Shown in pieces: positions 24,148-37,265 of a stretch of 64,000 bases of DNA. Numbering within the stretch: the stretch's first letter is position 1; every line of letters starts with the position of its first letter. A program made the translations under genes and the position numbers. The stretch covers positions 50,840,001 to 50,904,000 of the forward strand of contig OZ024740.1 in the NCBI GenBank assembly GCA_964016885.1, given 5' to 3'. The notes beneath the pieces were generated by a model. The model saw nothing but the letters and a program-made list of their open reading frames with translations, had not been told where the DNA came from and ran no database searches. The DNA is from Eledone cirrhosa. Lineage: Eukaryota.

Positions 24148-27100
24148 TCACAACCTCATATGAGTGATAATGGCAAATCAAAATGGGACTGGAACAGTTG
24201 ATGGTGAAGGTGTCATGCCCGACAGACTCCAGCAGGTTGTTATCCAGCAATGGACCACCAAACACGACGGAGATAGAGTTAACAAGTAAATGTTGTGGTT
24301 ATGGAGTGTTACTATCTGAGCAATCCTGTTGATGAAAATGGTGTTTCTATTAAGGAATGCATAAACAATGGAGAGACAGAGGCTTGTTTCAGCTCACTGA
24401 GCAGAGGTTATGTGACCAATCCAGAGCAATAAGAAAACATGGATGGCTGATTGAAGTGGATTTTGATGTTATCAGAAGACAAATACTAAAAAACAGTAGT
24501 TGAAGAATTGATGAAACTACAGCAAAGTACAAGGATGAAAAGATTTCTGGTAACCCACCAAAAAGGGGCACTGATAGTTTGTCCAGTGGGAGAAATATAG
24601 ATGATCTGGAAGACAATGGAATTAATGGGACATGACAAATGAGCGGAAAGCAATGTATAACAGAATAAAGGCAAGTTTACAGGAGGACAATAGTAATATT
24701 ATTTGTAACCTTAAAAAGGTTGACCACTGGAAGTTGAACCAAAAAACAATGAAGGTGAGTGAAATTCTGAAACATATCAGAACAAAGAACATCACAGAAA
24801 GAAATAATTTCATAAAGTCAGCAAGTATTGTTGTAGTAGAAACATGGGTGTAGATGCCAAGATAATGTCAATACAATAGGGGAAAACAGAGAAAAGAGCA
24901 ATGGTGGAGAAGTAGAATACAGCCTTTTATAGATACGTTCTTAAAGGACATTTCCATCTTAGACCGAAAAAAGAAGGGAGGGCTTAGAAATGAACAAAAT
25001 ACAGCATACTGAAAAGAAAATATGGTATTGAAAGAAAAGGCTTAATAGTAGTAGTGGAGGAACTCAAGCAAAGTCTCATAGCAAACAAAGCAAAGATAGC
25101 TAGATATGAACAAAGAACAAAGTAACATTAGCAAAATAGATTTTTCAGAGTTAACCAAAAGTGATTTTACTGAGAAATAAATGGAGAGTGCACAGATGAA
25201 GTGATGATGCCAGATAGCAATGAAAGTCAAAAGTTTTGGAGCGACATTTTTCCCACAGCAAACAGAACTAATCATTGCAGTTAAGGACATGAAGGAAATC
25301 AGCTAAAAGATGAACAATTGGAAATCTCCAGGGCTAGATGGAGTTCATGGCTACTGGATTAAAAGATTCAGTGAATGCCATGCTGAACAACTTGACATGT
25401 TGCTAAATGATGACCAAGTGATACAGAAGTGGCTAACAAAGGGCAGGAAAGTTTTTGTACTTGAAAGACATCACAAAAGGGAATGTGCTAGACAACTGCA
25501 TACTGATAACATTCTTACCAATTATGTGGATGTTACTAACTGAAATAATTGATGCATCAATGTATGGGCATCTTGAAGAAAATAAAGTTCTACCAGATGA
25601 GCAGAAAAGCGTAAGGTACTAAAGTCCAGCTTTTGATAGACAAAACAATAGTTAGGGATATCAAAAGGAGAAAAGTCAGCTTGACCATGTCGTGGATTGA
25701 TTACTGCAAAGCATATGATATGATTCCACACTCATGTATCATGGAATGTGTGAACCTATGTTGTATTGCATCGAATGTTGGGATATTTTTAAGGAAAAGT
25801 ATGGAGAAGTGGAAGATAGAACTGACAGCATATGGAAGAAATTTAGAGACAACAGAAATCAAGAAAGATATATTTTAAGGGGACAAAGGTAAAGGCGATG
25901 CACTAGATAGAGGAAACTATAGAGGTATAAAGTTGATGGACCAGGTCATGAAAGTAACAGAAAGAGTTATAGCACAGCTGATTAGGAAACAAGCCACAGG
26001 AAACAAGTACCACCAATCTCTGGGAGGGCCCTGTAGAAACAGTAGACAGCTTCTGCTACCTAGGTGACCGAATTAGCAACGGAGGTGGGTGTTCAGAAAG
26101 TACAATAACTAGGGTAAGAACGGGATGGAAGAAGTTTAGGGAACTACTACCACTGCTAGCTGCAAAAGGCTTCTCCCTCAGAATGAAAGGCAGACTGTAT
26201 GATGCGTGTATCCGAACAGCGATGTTGCATGGTAGTGAGACCTGGGCGCTGAAGGTGGAAGACTTACGTAGATTAGAGAGAAACGAAGCCTGCATGCTCC
26301 GATGGATGTGTAACAGTAATATACGTGAACGACAAAGCATAAATGAATTGAGAGAGAGACTGAGCATAAGAGGAATCAAATGCTGTGTGCAGGAGAGGCG
26401 GTTGCGCTGGTATGGACATGTGATGCGTATGAAGGATGGCAGCTGCATAAAAAGGTGCAGAGCACTAGAAGTTGATGGAAACCGCGGAGTGGGAAGACCC
26501 AAGATGACCTGGGATGAGGTGATAAAAGCCGACCTTACCCAATTACACCTCTCAAAGACAATGACACACCGCAAGGTGGTCGTGGAGGTGCCACGGCAAA
26601 AAAGCACCCAGCCCACACTGTAAAGTGGACGTGTAGGCGCCACGAAAAAGCACCCAGCACTCACTGTAAATGAGGTTGGTGTTAGGAAGGGCATCCAGCT
26701 GTAGAAATCAAGCCAGATCAGTTCCTGTATGAGCAAGGCATGGTCAGCCGACCAGACACTGCCCACAACAGGACAACCCGTCTAACCCATGCTAGCGTGG
26801 AAGAACGGACGTAAAACGGTGATGATGATGATGATGATGAGTCTATCACCATTAAAGTTTGTACTGTGCATGATAATACTGACAATGGTTTTGAGAAAAG
26901 CTAAGGCTGGGTATGAATTCAAAGGTTGCCAACAAAAGGTTAACCACTTATTATTCATGGATGACCTCAAGCTTTATGGTAAATATGAATCCCAGGTCAG
27001 TACGTTTAGTGCTAACATCAGAATGGAGTTTGGATTGAAAAAGTGTGATGTGTTAATCTTGAACAGAGGTAATATTAAATGCATTAATGGTTGATGCTGC

Positions 27101-28440
27101 CTCTGGGAGTTTTATGAAGCAGAGAGAAGAGGAGGGTTATAAGTACTTGTGGGTATTGGAAATGTACAAAATAATTCAGGAGGAAATGAATGAAATATTT
27201 AAAGTAGAATATTTTCGTTAAGACCTGTCCTCAAGTCGAAACTGAATGGACAGAATAAGATTACAGAAATAGATACAGAGCAGGGGAGATCAAGTAGAGA
27301 GTTGAAGAGCTAAACAGCTTAGATGGAAAGACAAGAAATATATTGACTTGATATGGGGTATTGTATCAAAAGAGTGGCGCAGACAGATTGTATGTACCAA
27401 GGAAATGAGGATGAAGACTGATTGGCTGCAAAGACAACATTATAGCAGAAGAAAACAACATGGTATGGTACATAAAAAATACCACAGAACCACTCTTGTC
27501 AGAAGTAAGAAGGTCAGAGTTGTGTAACATTGAAGATTGTAAAGAAAAAACACAGTACAAGTAATTGAAGATGAATGAAACTGAAAATATGTAGAGAGAA
27601 AAATGGATAATTCCATAGAGATGTTGAAGATAGGACAGACAGAGAAAAAAGGTGGTTATGGATGGCTAAATGTGATTTAAAATTAGAAACAGAAGCCTTA
27701 ATCTATGCTGCTCAAGAACAAGCACTAAGAACTAGTTACATGAAGCATAGAGTAGACGATACAGCAGAAAGTGATGAGTGTGGAATTTGTGATATGAATG
27801 GAGAAACTGTATGACATATTACTAATCAATGCACAGCACTAGCTCAGAAAGAAAATAAGAGGTTTCACAACACAATAGCAAGGATAGTCCATTGGAAACT
27901 TTGTGGAAAGAATGGTCTTGACAGAATAGAAAAGTGGTATGAACATAAACATGAGGGTGTTACCAAAAATGATAATACAAAGATCCTGTTGGACTTTGTA
28001 TTACAGTATGACCATGAGATGAAGCATAGGAAACCAGATATTTTGATCATTGAGAAAGAAAGCAAACAATGTTGGATCATAGATATGGCATTTCCAGCTG
28101 ACAACAATGTATGTGATAAAAAGAAAAAGTTGATTGATATGACAAATTAGCTTGGGAGGTTAAGCAGTTGCAGTCACAGAAAAAGTGGTAGTTATATCAA
28201 TGATAGTTGGAACCTTAGTAAGAGTAAATAAAGATCTTGAGAAGTACATTAAACAAATAGGGATTGCAATACAGGTGTAATATTTGCAGAAAACAGCATT
28301 GCTTGGAACAACTTGAATACTCTGGAGGGTGCTTGAAAAATAAGGGTGTTACCTCAGTTCACTAGCAGTGAACACCTGACACTATAATACACCTCCAGTA
28401 TTAGAAGCTGAGTGAAGAAAACAAAATAATAATAATAATA
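24148..28440 (+). mobile_element. Decayed near full-length R4/Dong-clade LINE containing a nested RTE
   Basis: MECYY N-terminus, WKSPGLDG, IDYCKAYDMIPH, HLLFMDDLKLY, CGIC..ETV.H zinc motif, REL RKPDIL..IID, LQKTALLG; (TAA)n on both sides. Confidence 0.9.
25884..26839 (+). mobile_element. Internally deleted RTE copy nested in the Dong RT
   Basis: Nearly identical to 6233-8005 apart from deletions of about 715 bp and about 100 bp; (GAT)n tail. Confidence 0.9.
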
Positions 28441-28449
28441 AATGTAAAA

Positions 28450-28644
28450 AACAGAATCAAAAAGTTAAAAAAGTTCTTCCCCATGAGATGGTGTCTGATT
28501 TCTTCTATGATTTGTAAAGTACATTTGCGCAGGATAATTTTTTCACTTGTGTTTTGACGGCATTTACATTAACATGATTATACATCATTGTCATAGACTT
28601 GCCTGTCGTAGCAAGGCTGAATTTTGTTAACGAGAATTTTTAGT
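28450..28644 (-). pseudogene. Channel relic repeat I, C-linker
   Basis: After ttatccAG, a single frame with two stops: LKILVNKIQPCYDRQVYD...SEKIILRKCTLQIIEEIRHHLMGK (E..IL..LP..L..EI pattern). Confidence 0.45.
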
Positions 28645-29359
28645 CTGGATAACAAATTAGTGGTAAACAAAAAGGGTGGTATGTGTACGTGTATGTTTTC
28701 ATGTATGTGTGTGTGTGTGTTTGTATGTATGCATTATGTGTAATAGAAGTTGACAAGTTAATATTTCCATTTTGTTGAATTGACAACATCTTGCAACACA
28801 AGCCTATCATTTTCATATAAATATACAATTTCAATCATGCATGTAGACACACACACTCACACTTACATCCACACACATGAATATATCAGAATGACAATAA
28901 ATTATATTCATATTCCACATACAAGGAAATTAAATGAAACTAAATGCCAAATGTTTGTATATAATTTGTTTTCATTTTTTTTTACTAAGAATTGTTTGGG
29001 TAATTAGTTCAATTAATTTCAATGAAGGTAGAAATTTAACTCTTTTGAGGCAACACCACCCCAAACCACCTCTTGTTCTATGAAATGAAACTACCCATTT
29101 TAAAGGTTTCCTATTTAAATTAAATTCTTCTGAGATTATTTAATATAAGAACTGTTTATATAATATATAAAAGTCACTGAATTTATTTTAGTGATTTCCA
29201 GCCATGACCCACTCACTCAATAAGATAACAAGCATGCAGTTGAAAAGCTGCATCTTGTAATACAGAGTGCACACAGGTAGTTAGTGAGTATTGTGGTAGT
29301 GTTCTGGTATTGATACCTCTGTATTGATCTCCTGGACAGAATTCTGTTTCAATGTAACA

Positions 29360-29511
29360 TTCCACCTGCAACAGTTATTAAAAGTATTATATGCAGAGGA
29401 TTGTGTAATATCAGCAAATATTATGGAATATAGAATATTACAAATCATCAGCAGGAGCACAAACTCAATATTTTGGGCATTAACTTGAACATGACTGCAC
29501 ATGCTGCTCAC
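29360..29511 (-). pseudogene. Channel relic repeat I, S6
   Basis: VNAQNIEFVLLLMICNILYSIIFADITQS resembles the CNG/KCNH S6 pattern E..F.I..M..G...YA.IFG.IT. Confidence 0.55.
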
Positions 29512-29659
29512 TTCCTGAATCTAGCAGTTCTGTGTCGTCATGACACGAGACCTCTACATTAGCGGAAGATTGCTGTGTGAGAAAAAAACTGGATTGGTGG
29601 CTAAAATTCCCAAACTGGAATTCCCACTAATAAAAAAACTCAACCAGTTACTTGCATAC

Positions 29660-29995
29660 ACACACACACATGAGAAGACCCCCTTTGGTCACGAATGACC
29701 ATGGGATTTGCACCTAGAAAGTTTCCCTCCAAGGCATAAGTCCAGGCAAGATTGTTTGTGGAAGACCAGCAGTCAACCATGCATACCACCATTGATGTCC
29801 AAGAGGAAGGCTATGGCTGATACAGCTTAGTACCAGTGTTGACGCAACTCATTTCTACAGCTGAGTAAACTGGAGCAACATGAAAAATAAAGTGTCTTGC
29901 TCAAGGATACAATGTATCACCCAGTCAGAGAATCGAACTCACAACCTTTCAATTGCAAGCCCAATGCTCTAACCACGAAGCCATATGCCTTCACA
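29660..29995 (-). mobile_element. tRNA-derived CORE-like SINE family B
   Basis: TGGCTTCGTGGTTAGAG A box, GAGTTCGATTC B box, TCCTTGAGCAAGACACTT core. Relatives at about 20250, 37266 and 9150(-). Confidence 0.75.
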
Positions 29996-30017
29996 CACAC
30001 ACATATATATATATATA

Positions 30018-31310
30018 GCAGTGGGGTCATCAAGGAATAGTTGCTGAGATGCTGAAAGCATTTGTGATAGTAGGGCATACTGTAACCACTTATATTGTTA
30101 ACCAAGTAATACAAAATGGTGCTACATCTAATGACTGGTATAGAAGCAGCATTGTCAACGGCTACAAGGGCAAAGGTGATACATTAGACAGAGGGAAAAC
30201 TATCATGGCATTAAACTGATGGACCAGGTCATGAAGGTTACAGAAAGAGTCATTGTACAACTGATTAGGGATCAAATTAACCTAGATGAGATGAATTTCA
30301 GATTTATACCAGGAAAAAGTACCATGGATGTCCTCTTCCTTGTGAGGCAACAGCAGGAGAAGTACCTACACTATAAAGTGGTCGTTTCTAGTACCATGAC
30401 AAACAGCATCCAGTCCACACTGCAAAGTAGTCATGTAGGTGTCACGACAAAAATCACCCAGTTCACACTGTAAAGTGGTTGTGTAGGTATCACAACAAAA
30501 AGCACCCAGTCTACACTGTAAAGTGGTCATGTAGGTGTCACAACAAAAATCACCCAGTTCACACTGTAAAGTGGTTGTGTAGGTATCACAACAAAAAGCA
30601 CCCAGTGTACACTGTAAAGTGGTTGTGTAGGTATCACAACAAAAATTTCCCAGTCTACACTGTAAAGTGGTTGTGTAGGTATCACAACAAAAAGCACCCA
30701 GTGTACACTGTAAAGTGGTTGTGTTGGTATCACAACAAAAATCTCCCAGTCTACACTGTAAAGTGGTTGTGTAGGTATCACAACAAAAAGCTCCCAGTCT
30801 ACACTGTAAAGTGGTTGTGTAGGTATCACAACAAAAAGCACCCAGTCTACACTGTAAAGTGGTTGTGTAGGTATCACAACAAAAATCTCCCAGTCTACAC
30901 TGTAAAGTGGTTGTGTAGGTATCACAACAAAAAGCTCCCAGTCTACACTGTAAAGTGGTTGTGTAGGTATCACAACAAAAAGCACCCAGTCTACACTGTA
31001 AAGTGGTTGTGTTGGTATCACAACAAAAAGCTCCCAGTCTACACTGTAAAGTGGTTGTGTTGGTATCACAACAAAAAGCACCCAGTCTACACTGTAAAGT
31101 GGTCATTTTGATGCCATGATAAAAGGCACACAATATACACTGTAAATGTTGTTGGCATTAGAAAGGGCATCCAGCCATAGAAACCAGCCAAAATTGGTCC
31201 AGTGTGAGCAGAATACGGTCATCTGCTCTGACTTGGCTCACATCTGGACTACTTATCTAACCCATGTTAGTGTGGGAAAATGGACGTTAAATAGTGATGA
31301 TGATGATGAT
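30018..31310 (+). mobile_element. Internally deleted RTE with expanded 3'UTR repeat
   Basis: RT N-terminal remnant at 30018-30366 joined directly to the 3'UTR; (GAT)n tail. Confidence 0.8.
30367..31145. repeat. 48-bp tandem array, about 16 copies
   Basis: Unit CACAACAAAAAGCACCCAGTCTACACTGTAAAGTGGTTGTGTAGGTAT; 16-aa periodicity in the ORF track. Confidence 0.95.
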
Positions 31311-31399
31311 AAAAAATATAGAAATGTTCAAATCTTACACAGTCAGTGCTGAGAGTAAATGATATATAGTATATAAAAGTCACCAAATTTATTTCAGCC

Positions 31400-31713
31400 C
31401 TTTCCAACCATGACCAACTCACTCAATGAGATAACAAACATGCAGTTGAGAAGCTGCATCTTGTAATATAAAGTGCACACAAATAGCTAGTTCAACATTC
31501 GCCGAGGTTAACTTTGCCTTTCATCTTTATGGGGTCGATAAAATAAAGTACCAGTAATGTACTTGGCAATTGCTGGCCTTGTGCCTAAAGTAGAAACAAT
31601 TATTAATTAATTGAAACACAGTGTATTTCATTAGAAATGATCACAAAAAGGTTAATAAGGGCATTACTAATATGCTAGCTGGCTTTTGTGGAGCTCTCCC
31701 AGTTGTTTAAAAC
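31400..31713 (-). pseudogene. Channel relic repeat I, S4-S5 linker and S5 (interrupted by a SINE piece at about 31495-31603)
   Basis: VLNNWESSTKAS*HISNALINLFVIISNEIHCVS then YLCALYITRCSFSTAC...SWSW. Resembles the CNG pattern E..T...IFRI.NL...I.IIIHW.AC.Y. Confidence 0.5.
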
Positions 31714-31870
31714 TCAGATATAATAATTACTTTGACATATATTTATTATTTCATCATTATATCATTAGTTTAATAGTATATTATATACAATGGTTTTAGT
31801 GATATTTTTTTCACTTTGATTCTCTTGTCCATTTGTATTAACAACCTTAACAAAAAGATTAGTTAACTTC

Positions 31871-32085
31871 TTAACCCTTTAGCATTTACATTACTCTATA
31901 TAAATTATTGTATTTTTGCAGTAAATCTCACATATCTCACATAAAATAAAATCTATGAGATTTTGATATTTATTTTGAGAACAATACCTTAACATGAGTA
32001 TGAGTGGCTAGTTATGACCTGTTTGAACAGAAAGAGATGAGAGGATTCTGGCTGGATACAGCCAGTTTAAATGCTAGAGGGTTAA
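31871..32085. mobile_element. piggyBac-type MITE
   Basis: TTAA flanks and the same TIRs. Confidence 0.85.
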
Positions 32086-32694
32086 CCCTACAGAATGTAA
32101 CATAACAGTTATATTTTCAGTAAAAATATGAAGCACATTTAAATCAATGAGTAGTGAAATCTCACAATTTCAGGAAAAACCATTGACATTATATAAAAAT
32201 AATTGAGCAGTATTTAATAAAAACAAAACACACTATTGAAGGGAGAAAAGAAGAAAAAGGAAATGGAAAGAAGAAAAAGAAAAAAAAAAGCGATCAAACA
32301 ATGAAAGAAAGGAAGCAGGGAGAGACAGACACTACACCCCAGTCTGAGCGTGCCTCAGCCATGCCCAGCAGATAAAATGGTAAAGGCATTGCCACAGAGA
32401 ATGGCCAGAGAGCTGTCCATAACTAAATAATTGTTGTAACAAGTAAATCCCTTATTTAAATGTTTCACCTAGTTTGTTTATTGCCATGCCATTGTAAGTG
32501 GAAACCAAGATCTTTATAAAAGGTTAACTGTAGCAGATGACAGTTAATTGCCATAAAGCACATACATTAAATAATTGATGATTAAAAGTAAAAATTAAAT
32601 ATTACTAAACAGAAAGTCATTGTATTCCCCCTCATCACCACCACCACCACCTCTATTAACTAATATTCTTACAGATAAAGTCACATGTCTGATT

Positions 32695-32725
<31 letters not shown>

Positions 32726-33288
32726 TTCAATCATTGTTGTGGCACAGTGTAATTAGATGACATTGAATTTCTTGGCAGAATTTCACTGAATTAAGAATAG
32801 AAATGAATCTTTTGGTAGAGCGTAAATATTGTTAATACAATGAGAGGCTAGCCTGCTTAACCTGCTAGAAATAGCAACCAAATCTCTCTCAAATCACACA
32901 CCTCTTCTATTTAAAAGATAAAGGTCACTTTGGAAACTTTAGTCATGATACAAAAACATTAGGATCACCTGCTCAATAGGTACTGCCCTAAGTTAATTAG
33001 CAAGAACAACAATAAGAAGCCCACTAAACCCAATAGTCATACTAAGTATCTATGATAAAGTATAATTTATCCAGTGAGTATAGAGAAGAGAAAGATGAAT
33101 TAATTGATAGGTAGGTAGAAGATCAGAGAGTAAGAAACAAAAACGGCAGTAAGGTAAAAGAGAGAAAGTAAAAAGGAAATAAAGAAAGAAAAAAATGGAT
33201 ATATTGAGAGAGGAGAGATAGTGAGAAGGAAAGAGGAAAAGAAAGCAATAGGGATAGAAAGGGAGAATGCTAAAGAGCAAACTTCTAC

Positions 33289-33620
33289 TTTAGTAAGTTT
33301 CTGGGTCAGAAATGTCAAGCCAATTGTAAATTGAAACAGGTTCTCATAAAATGATTTCATGCTGTGACATGATCTCTGTCTCTGACTTTGTCATTTTGGC
33401 CACAAACCTAGGTATTGTTGCCTGTAACACAGACTGAGAGAAAGATTACAAAATACCAAGATTTGACTAACCATTTCCTGTTTGTGCTGGTCTCCATTGA
33501 AACTGTGGGTATCCTTAGTTCATTGAAGTGTGGTTTTCCTCTGTTAAACTGGGAGGAGTGAAACCTGCCTGAAGAAGGAGACCAATGAGGTGGAGTGGCT
33601 GATGCAATGGGTGTCACTGG
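33289..33620 (-). pseudogene. Channel relic repeat I, pre-S1/S1 and S2-like
   Basis: RKWLVKSWYFVIFLSVCVT (ORF 33408-33617), then after a frameshift SFYENLFQFTIGLTFLTQKLTK ending at GT. Confidence 0.35.
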
Positions 33621-34889
33621 TTGTTATCTGTAATAATGATTTCTACTATAGGCACAAGGCCAGCAATTTTGGGGAAAGGGGAAAGTCGATTAAATCAACC
33701 CTAGTACATTACTGGCACTTTATTTCATTCTCTGTAATAATGCCTTCACCATTCTGTCAGTAGGGTACAGCTCAGATATACTGCCTGACTGGAGTGTAGC
33801 ATCTATCACTCCCCACTTTCCCTTTCATTTCCTGTTTCATTTTAAATCTTTCTTTTTTTTTTTTTTGCAAACACATAATCCAATTGAAATTTGTTCAATA
33901 CAATTTGTTTGCCTTTTACACGAACTTGAAGTATGCAAATTTGCTTTAACGCCTCTTGAAAAAATATTGAATTTTCACATTATAATGCGCTATAATGTGT
34001 GTGGTTTTTCATTTTTATATTTATGAAAAAATTAGACTTGAATTACGCGAATTTGATTTATGCACCACGTTCACAAACCCATCTTCACGTAAAAAGTGAA
34101 CAGACTGTATATGTTTTGTGTCACTTCATTAATCAGAATAAAAACTGTGTTTTATTATTATTATTTGTGGCAGTATTGGTAGAGGGTCGGACACCATGCT
34201 TTGCAGCATAGAGTTACGGTCTTTTATGATCTGAGTTCAAATCCCACCTAGGTCAACTTTGCCTTTCATCCTTATGGGGTCATTAAAATAAAGTACCAGT
34301 AATACACTGGGTAATTGCTGGCATTGTGCCAAAAGTAGAAACAATTATTATTATTATTTGTAATTGTTTCTGTTAATGACAAGCAATGGCCAATTCTGCT
34401 TCAACATTTTTAGCTATGTCAGCCTAGCTGGTTATTATAGGAATTAACTAGCTGTTCTTAAGATATCGGGACTTAATAAAACATATGTGGCAACTTCCAT
34501 TTAACTGATCATATATTGATTTCACTGTTTTGTCACATTTGTTATTTTAGTCAATCAAAAATTTCAAACAGCCACAAATTTTGGCCAATCAAAAACTGAT
34601 AGTTGAGCTATATTTTTTTGGGCACTAATAAACAAAAGTGAAAATCTGTTTATTTGGCGCACACATACACACACACACACACAAGCACACACATGAACAC
34701 ACACATACCCACACACATGCACACACACACACACAAGCACATGCATATACTCAAACGCACACACACGCACACGCACATACTCATGCCCCCCCCCCCCCTC
34801 CCACACACACACACACTCACACACACACACATGCACACGCACATACTCATACCCACACACATGCACAAACACAAGCATACACACACATC

Positions 34890-35882
34890 CATCGGAATGT
34901 GCAAACTAAGATCCTCTGCATGCAACACCCAAGTCTCACTATCATGCAGCATTGCTGTTTGTATACATGTATCATACAATCTGCCCTTCATTTTGAAGGA
35001 AAAACATTTTGTAGCTAACAGCGGTAGTAGCTCCCTGAACTTTTGAAATACCCACCTCCACTGCTAATTTGGTCATCCAAGCAACGGAAACTGTCAACAG
35101 ATTCTACAGAATCCTCTAAGAATTTGATAACACTTGTTTCCTATGAACGTTTGCCTCTTCTGTTCCTGTGCAACACACACCTGTAAAACCTATGTTCTTT
35201 GCTAGCCTACTTGAGATCCTGATACATCTCTTGTGTGCTCATAGTTTGCCTTTGGGACACTTAACTCTTTTGTTATAGCCTAAAGGACGATAATAAACAG
35301 GAGAGGGCTAAGGATAGAGCGCTGGTTGACCCCAACCTGCACATTAAATACCTCACTATAGTTATTGTTAATTTTAACCTTGTTGACTGCACCTTTGTAT
35401 ATGTCTTGTATTGCCCTCACAAGCCACTTGTTTACTCCTAGTTCCCTAAATGCCCACCCGATTACAGAATGGGGGACCCTATCAAAAGCTTTCTCCAGGT
35501 CAAAAAATGCAAGTAAAGGGGTTTACTTTTAGCTAGGTAATTCTCCTGCAGTTGCCTCACAAGGAAGAGGGCATCCTTGGTACTTTTACCAGGCACAAAT
35601 CTGAACTGCATCTAGTTTACTTTGATCTTTAATCAATTGTACAAGGGCTCTGTAACTTTCATGACCTGGTTCATGAATGTGATGCTTCAGTAGTTCCCTC
35701 TGTCTAGTGCATCACCTTTACCCTTGTAGCAGTTGACAATGATACTGCTTTGCCAGTCATAAGGTATAACCCATTTTTGTATTACTTTGTTTACCATATG
35801 GGTGATTATAGTGTGACCTACCATCCCAGAGGCTCTCAGCATCTCAGCAACTATTCCCCAATGGCCCTGTTGCTTTGCCCAT
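34890..35882 (-). mobile_element. Degraded RTE fragment between (TA)n and (CA)n
   Basis: GIVAEMLRASG..KGKGDALDRGNY..DLEKAFDRVP..MKGRLYDTCI. Confidence 0.85.
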
Positions 35883-36073
35883 ATATATATATACACAGTT
35901 CAAGAGTAACCAATCTTAAAGAGAGAGATGGAGATAGTAGAGGAGATATGAGAGGAGAGATTGGTGAGTTAGTTAGAAGCCAAAGCGTAAAGGCATGTGC
36001 TCAATGTGCAATATGCAGTAGAAAGCAGCTAGGAGGCTGGGTTCATGCAGAAGTTAGGTGCACAGAGCTGGAA

Positions 36074-36974
36074 ATATTCATTAGTTAAGCAAAACAAGGC
36101 TACAAACTTCACAAGGAAGACATTACTAAAAGATTGTCAACATATTTTAGTTTGATGTAAGGAATGTAGAGAATAATAATAATAATATTAATAATAATTG
36201 TTTCTACTTTAGGCACACGGCCAGCAATAACCCAGTGCATTATTTTATCGACCCCCGTAAGGATGAAAGGCAAAGTCAACCTCGGCAGGATTTGAACTCA
36301 GATCGTAAAGGGACGTAACTATGCTGGAAAGCATGGCGTCCGACCCTCTACCGATACTGCCAATTCACCGCCCTAATAATATTAATAATAAAAATGTCCG
36401 TTTACAATTGTTTCGCTACTCCATATAATATTTCTGGATCAGATGATTATATATCATAATTGATCTGGTTCAGTTGAAAATAATTAACATATTTAAAAAA
36501 TAGAGTGGCTCATCGGAACTTCAAAGGAATATAAATTAAAATAATGGGATAATGTTACATAATATAGTATTCCATATATTGGTTTTTACTATGGTGTCTT
36601 GGTTGCATCAGTTGCAGCTCGACAATGCAGCCTCGACAGATGAATACTGCTTGATTATGGCTGACAACTGATGCAACCAAGACACCATAGTAAAAACCAA
36701 TATATGGAACACTATATTATGTAACATTATCCCATTATTTTAATTTATATTCCTTTGAAGTTCCGATGAGCCACTCTGTTTTTTAAATATGTTAATTATT
36801 TTCAACTGAACCAGATCAATTATGATATATAATCATCTGATCCAGAAATATTATATGGAGTAGCGAAACAATTGTAAACAGACATTATTATTATTATTCT
36901 CTACATTCCTTACATCAAACTAAAATATGGTGACAATCTTTTAATAATGTCTTCCTTGTTTTGCTTAACTAATG

Positions 36975-36979
<5 letters not shown>
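36074..36979. mobile_element. Large foldback element with arms of about 315 bp and a SINE in the left arm
   Basis: 36074-36614 is the inverted copy of 36665-36979 once the SINE at about 36190-36372 is removed. Each arm has a hammerhead-like motif. Confidence 0.8.
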
Positions 36980-37150
<171 letters not shown>

Positions 37151-37265
37151 TAATAATAAAAAATGTGAAGACTAAAATCCAAAGAGGGCTCGATAAGGAT
37201 AAATATATCAAATATATTAATTAATATATATATATATATTAATATATTAATTAATATATATATAT

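Larger units (their letters stand above)
4725..33620 (-). pseudogene. Highly decayed multi-repeat cyclic nucleotide-gated channel gene (CNGK/tetraKCNG-like, apparently four repeats)
   Basis: About 15 minus-strand fragments in unique DNA fall in the order expected for repeated S1-S6/C-linker/CNBD units. Several start at AG and/or end at GT. Nearly all carry in-frame stops or frameshifts. By-eye motif matching only. Confidence 0.55.

Noticed and set aside
30366-31133. Cys-rich repeat protein ORFs in several frames
   Set aside because: Artefact of a 48-bp unit that lacks stops; the sequence derives from a LINE UTR.
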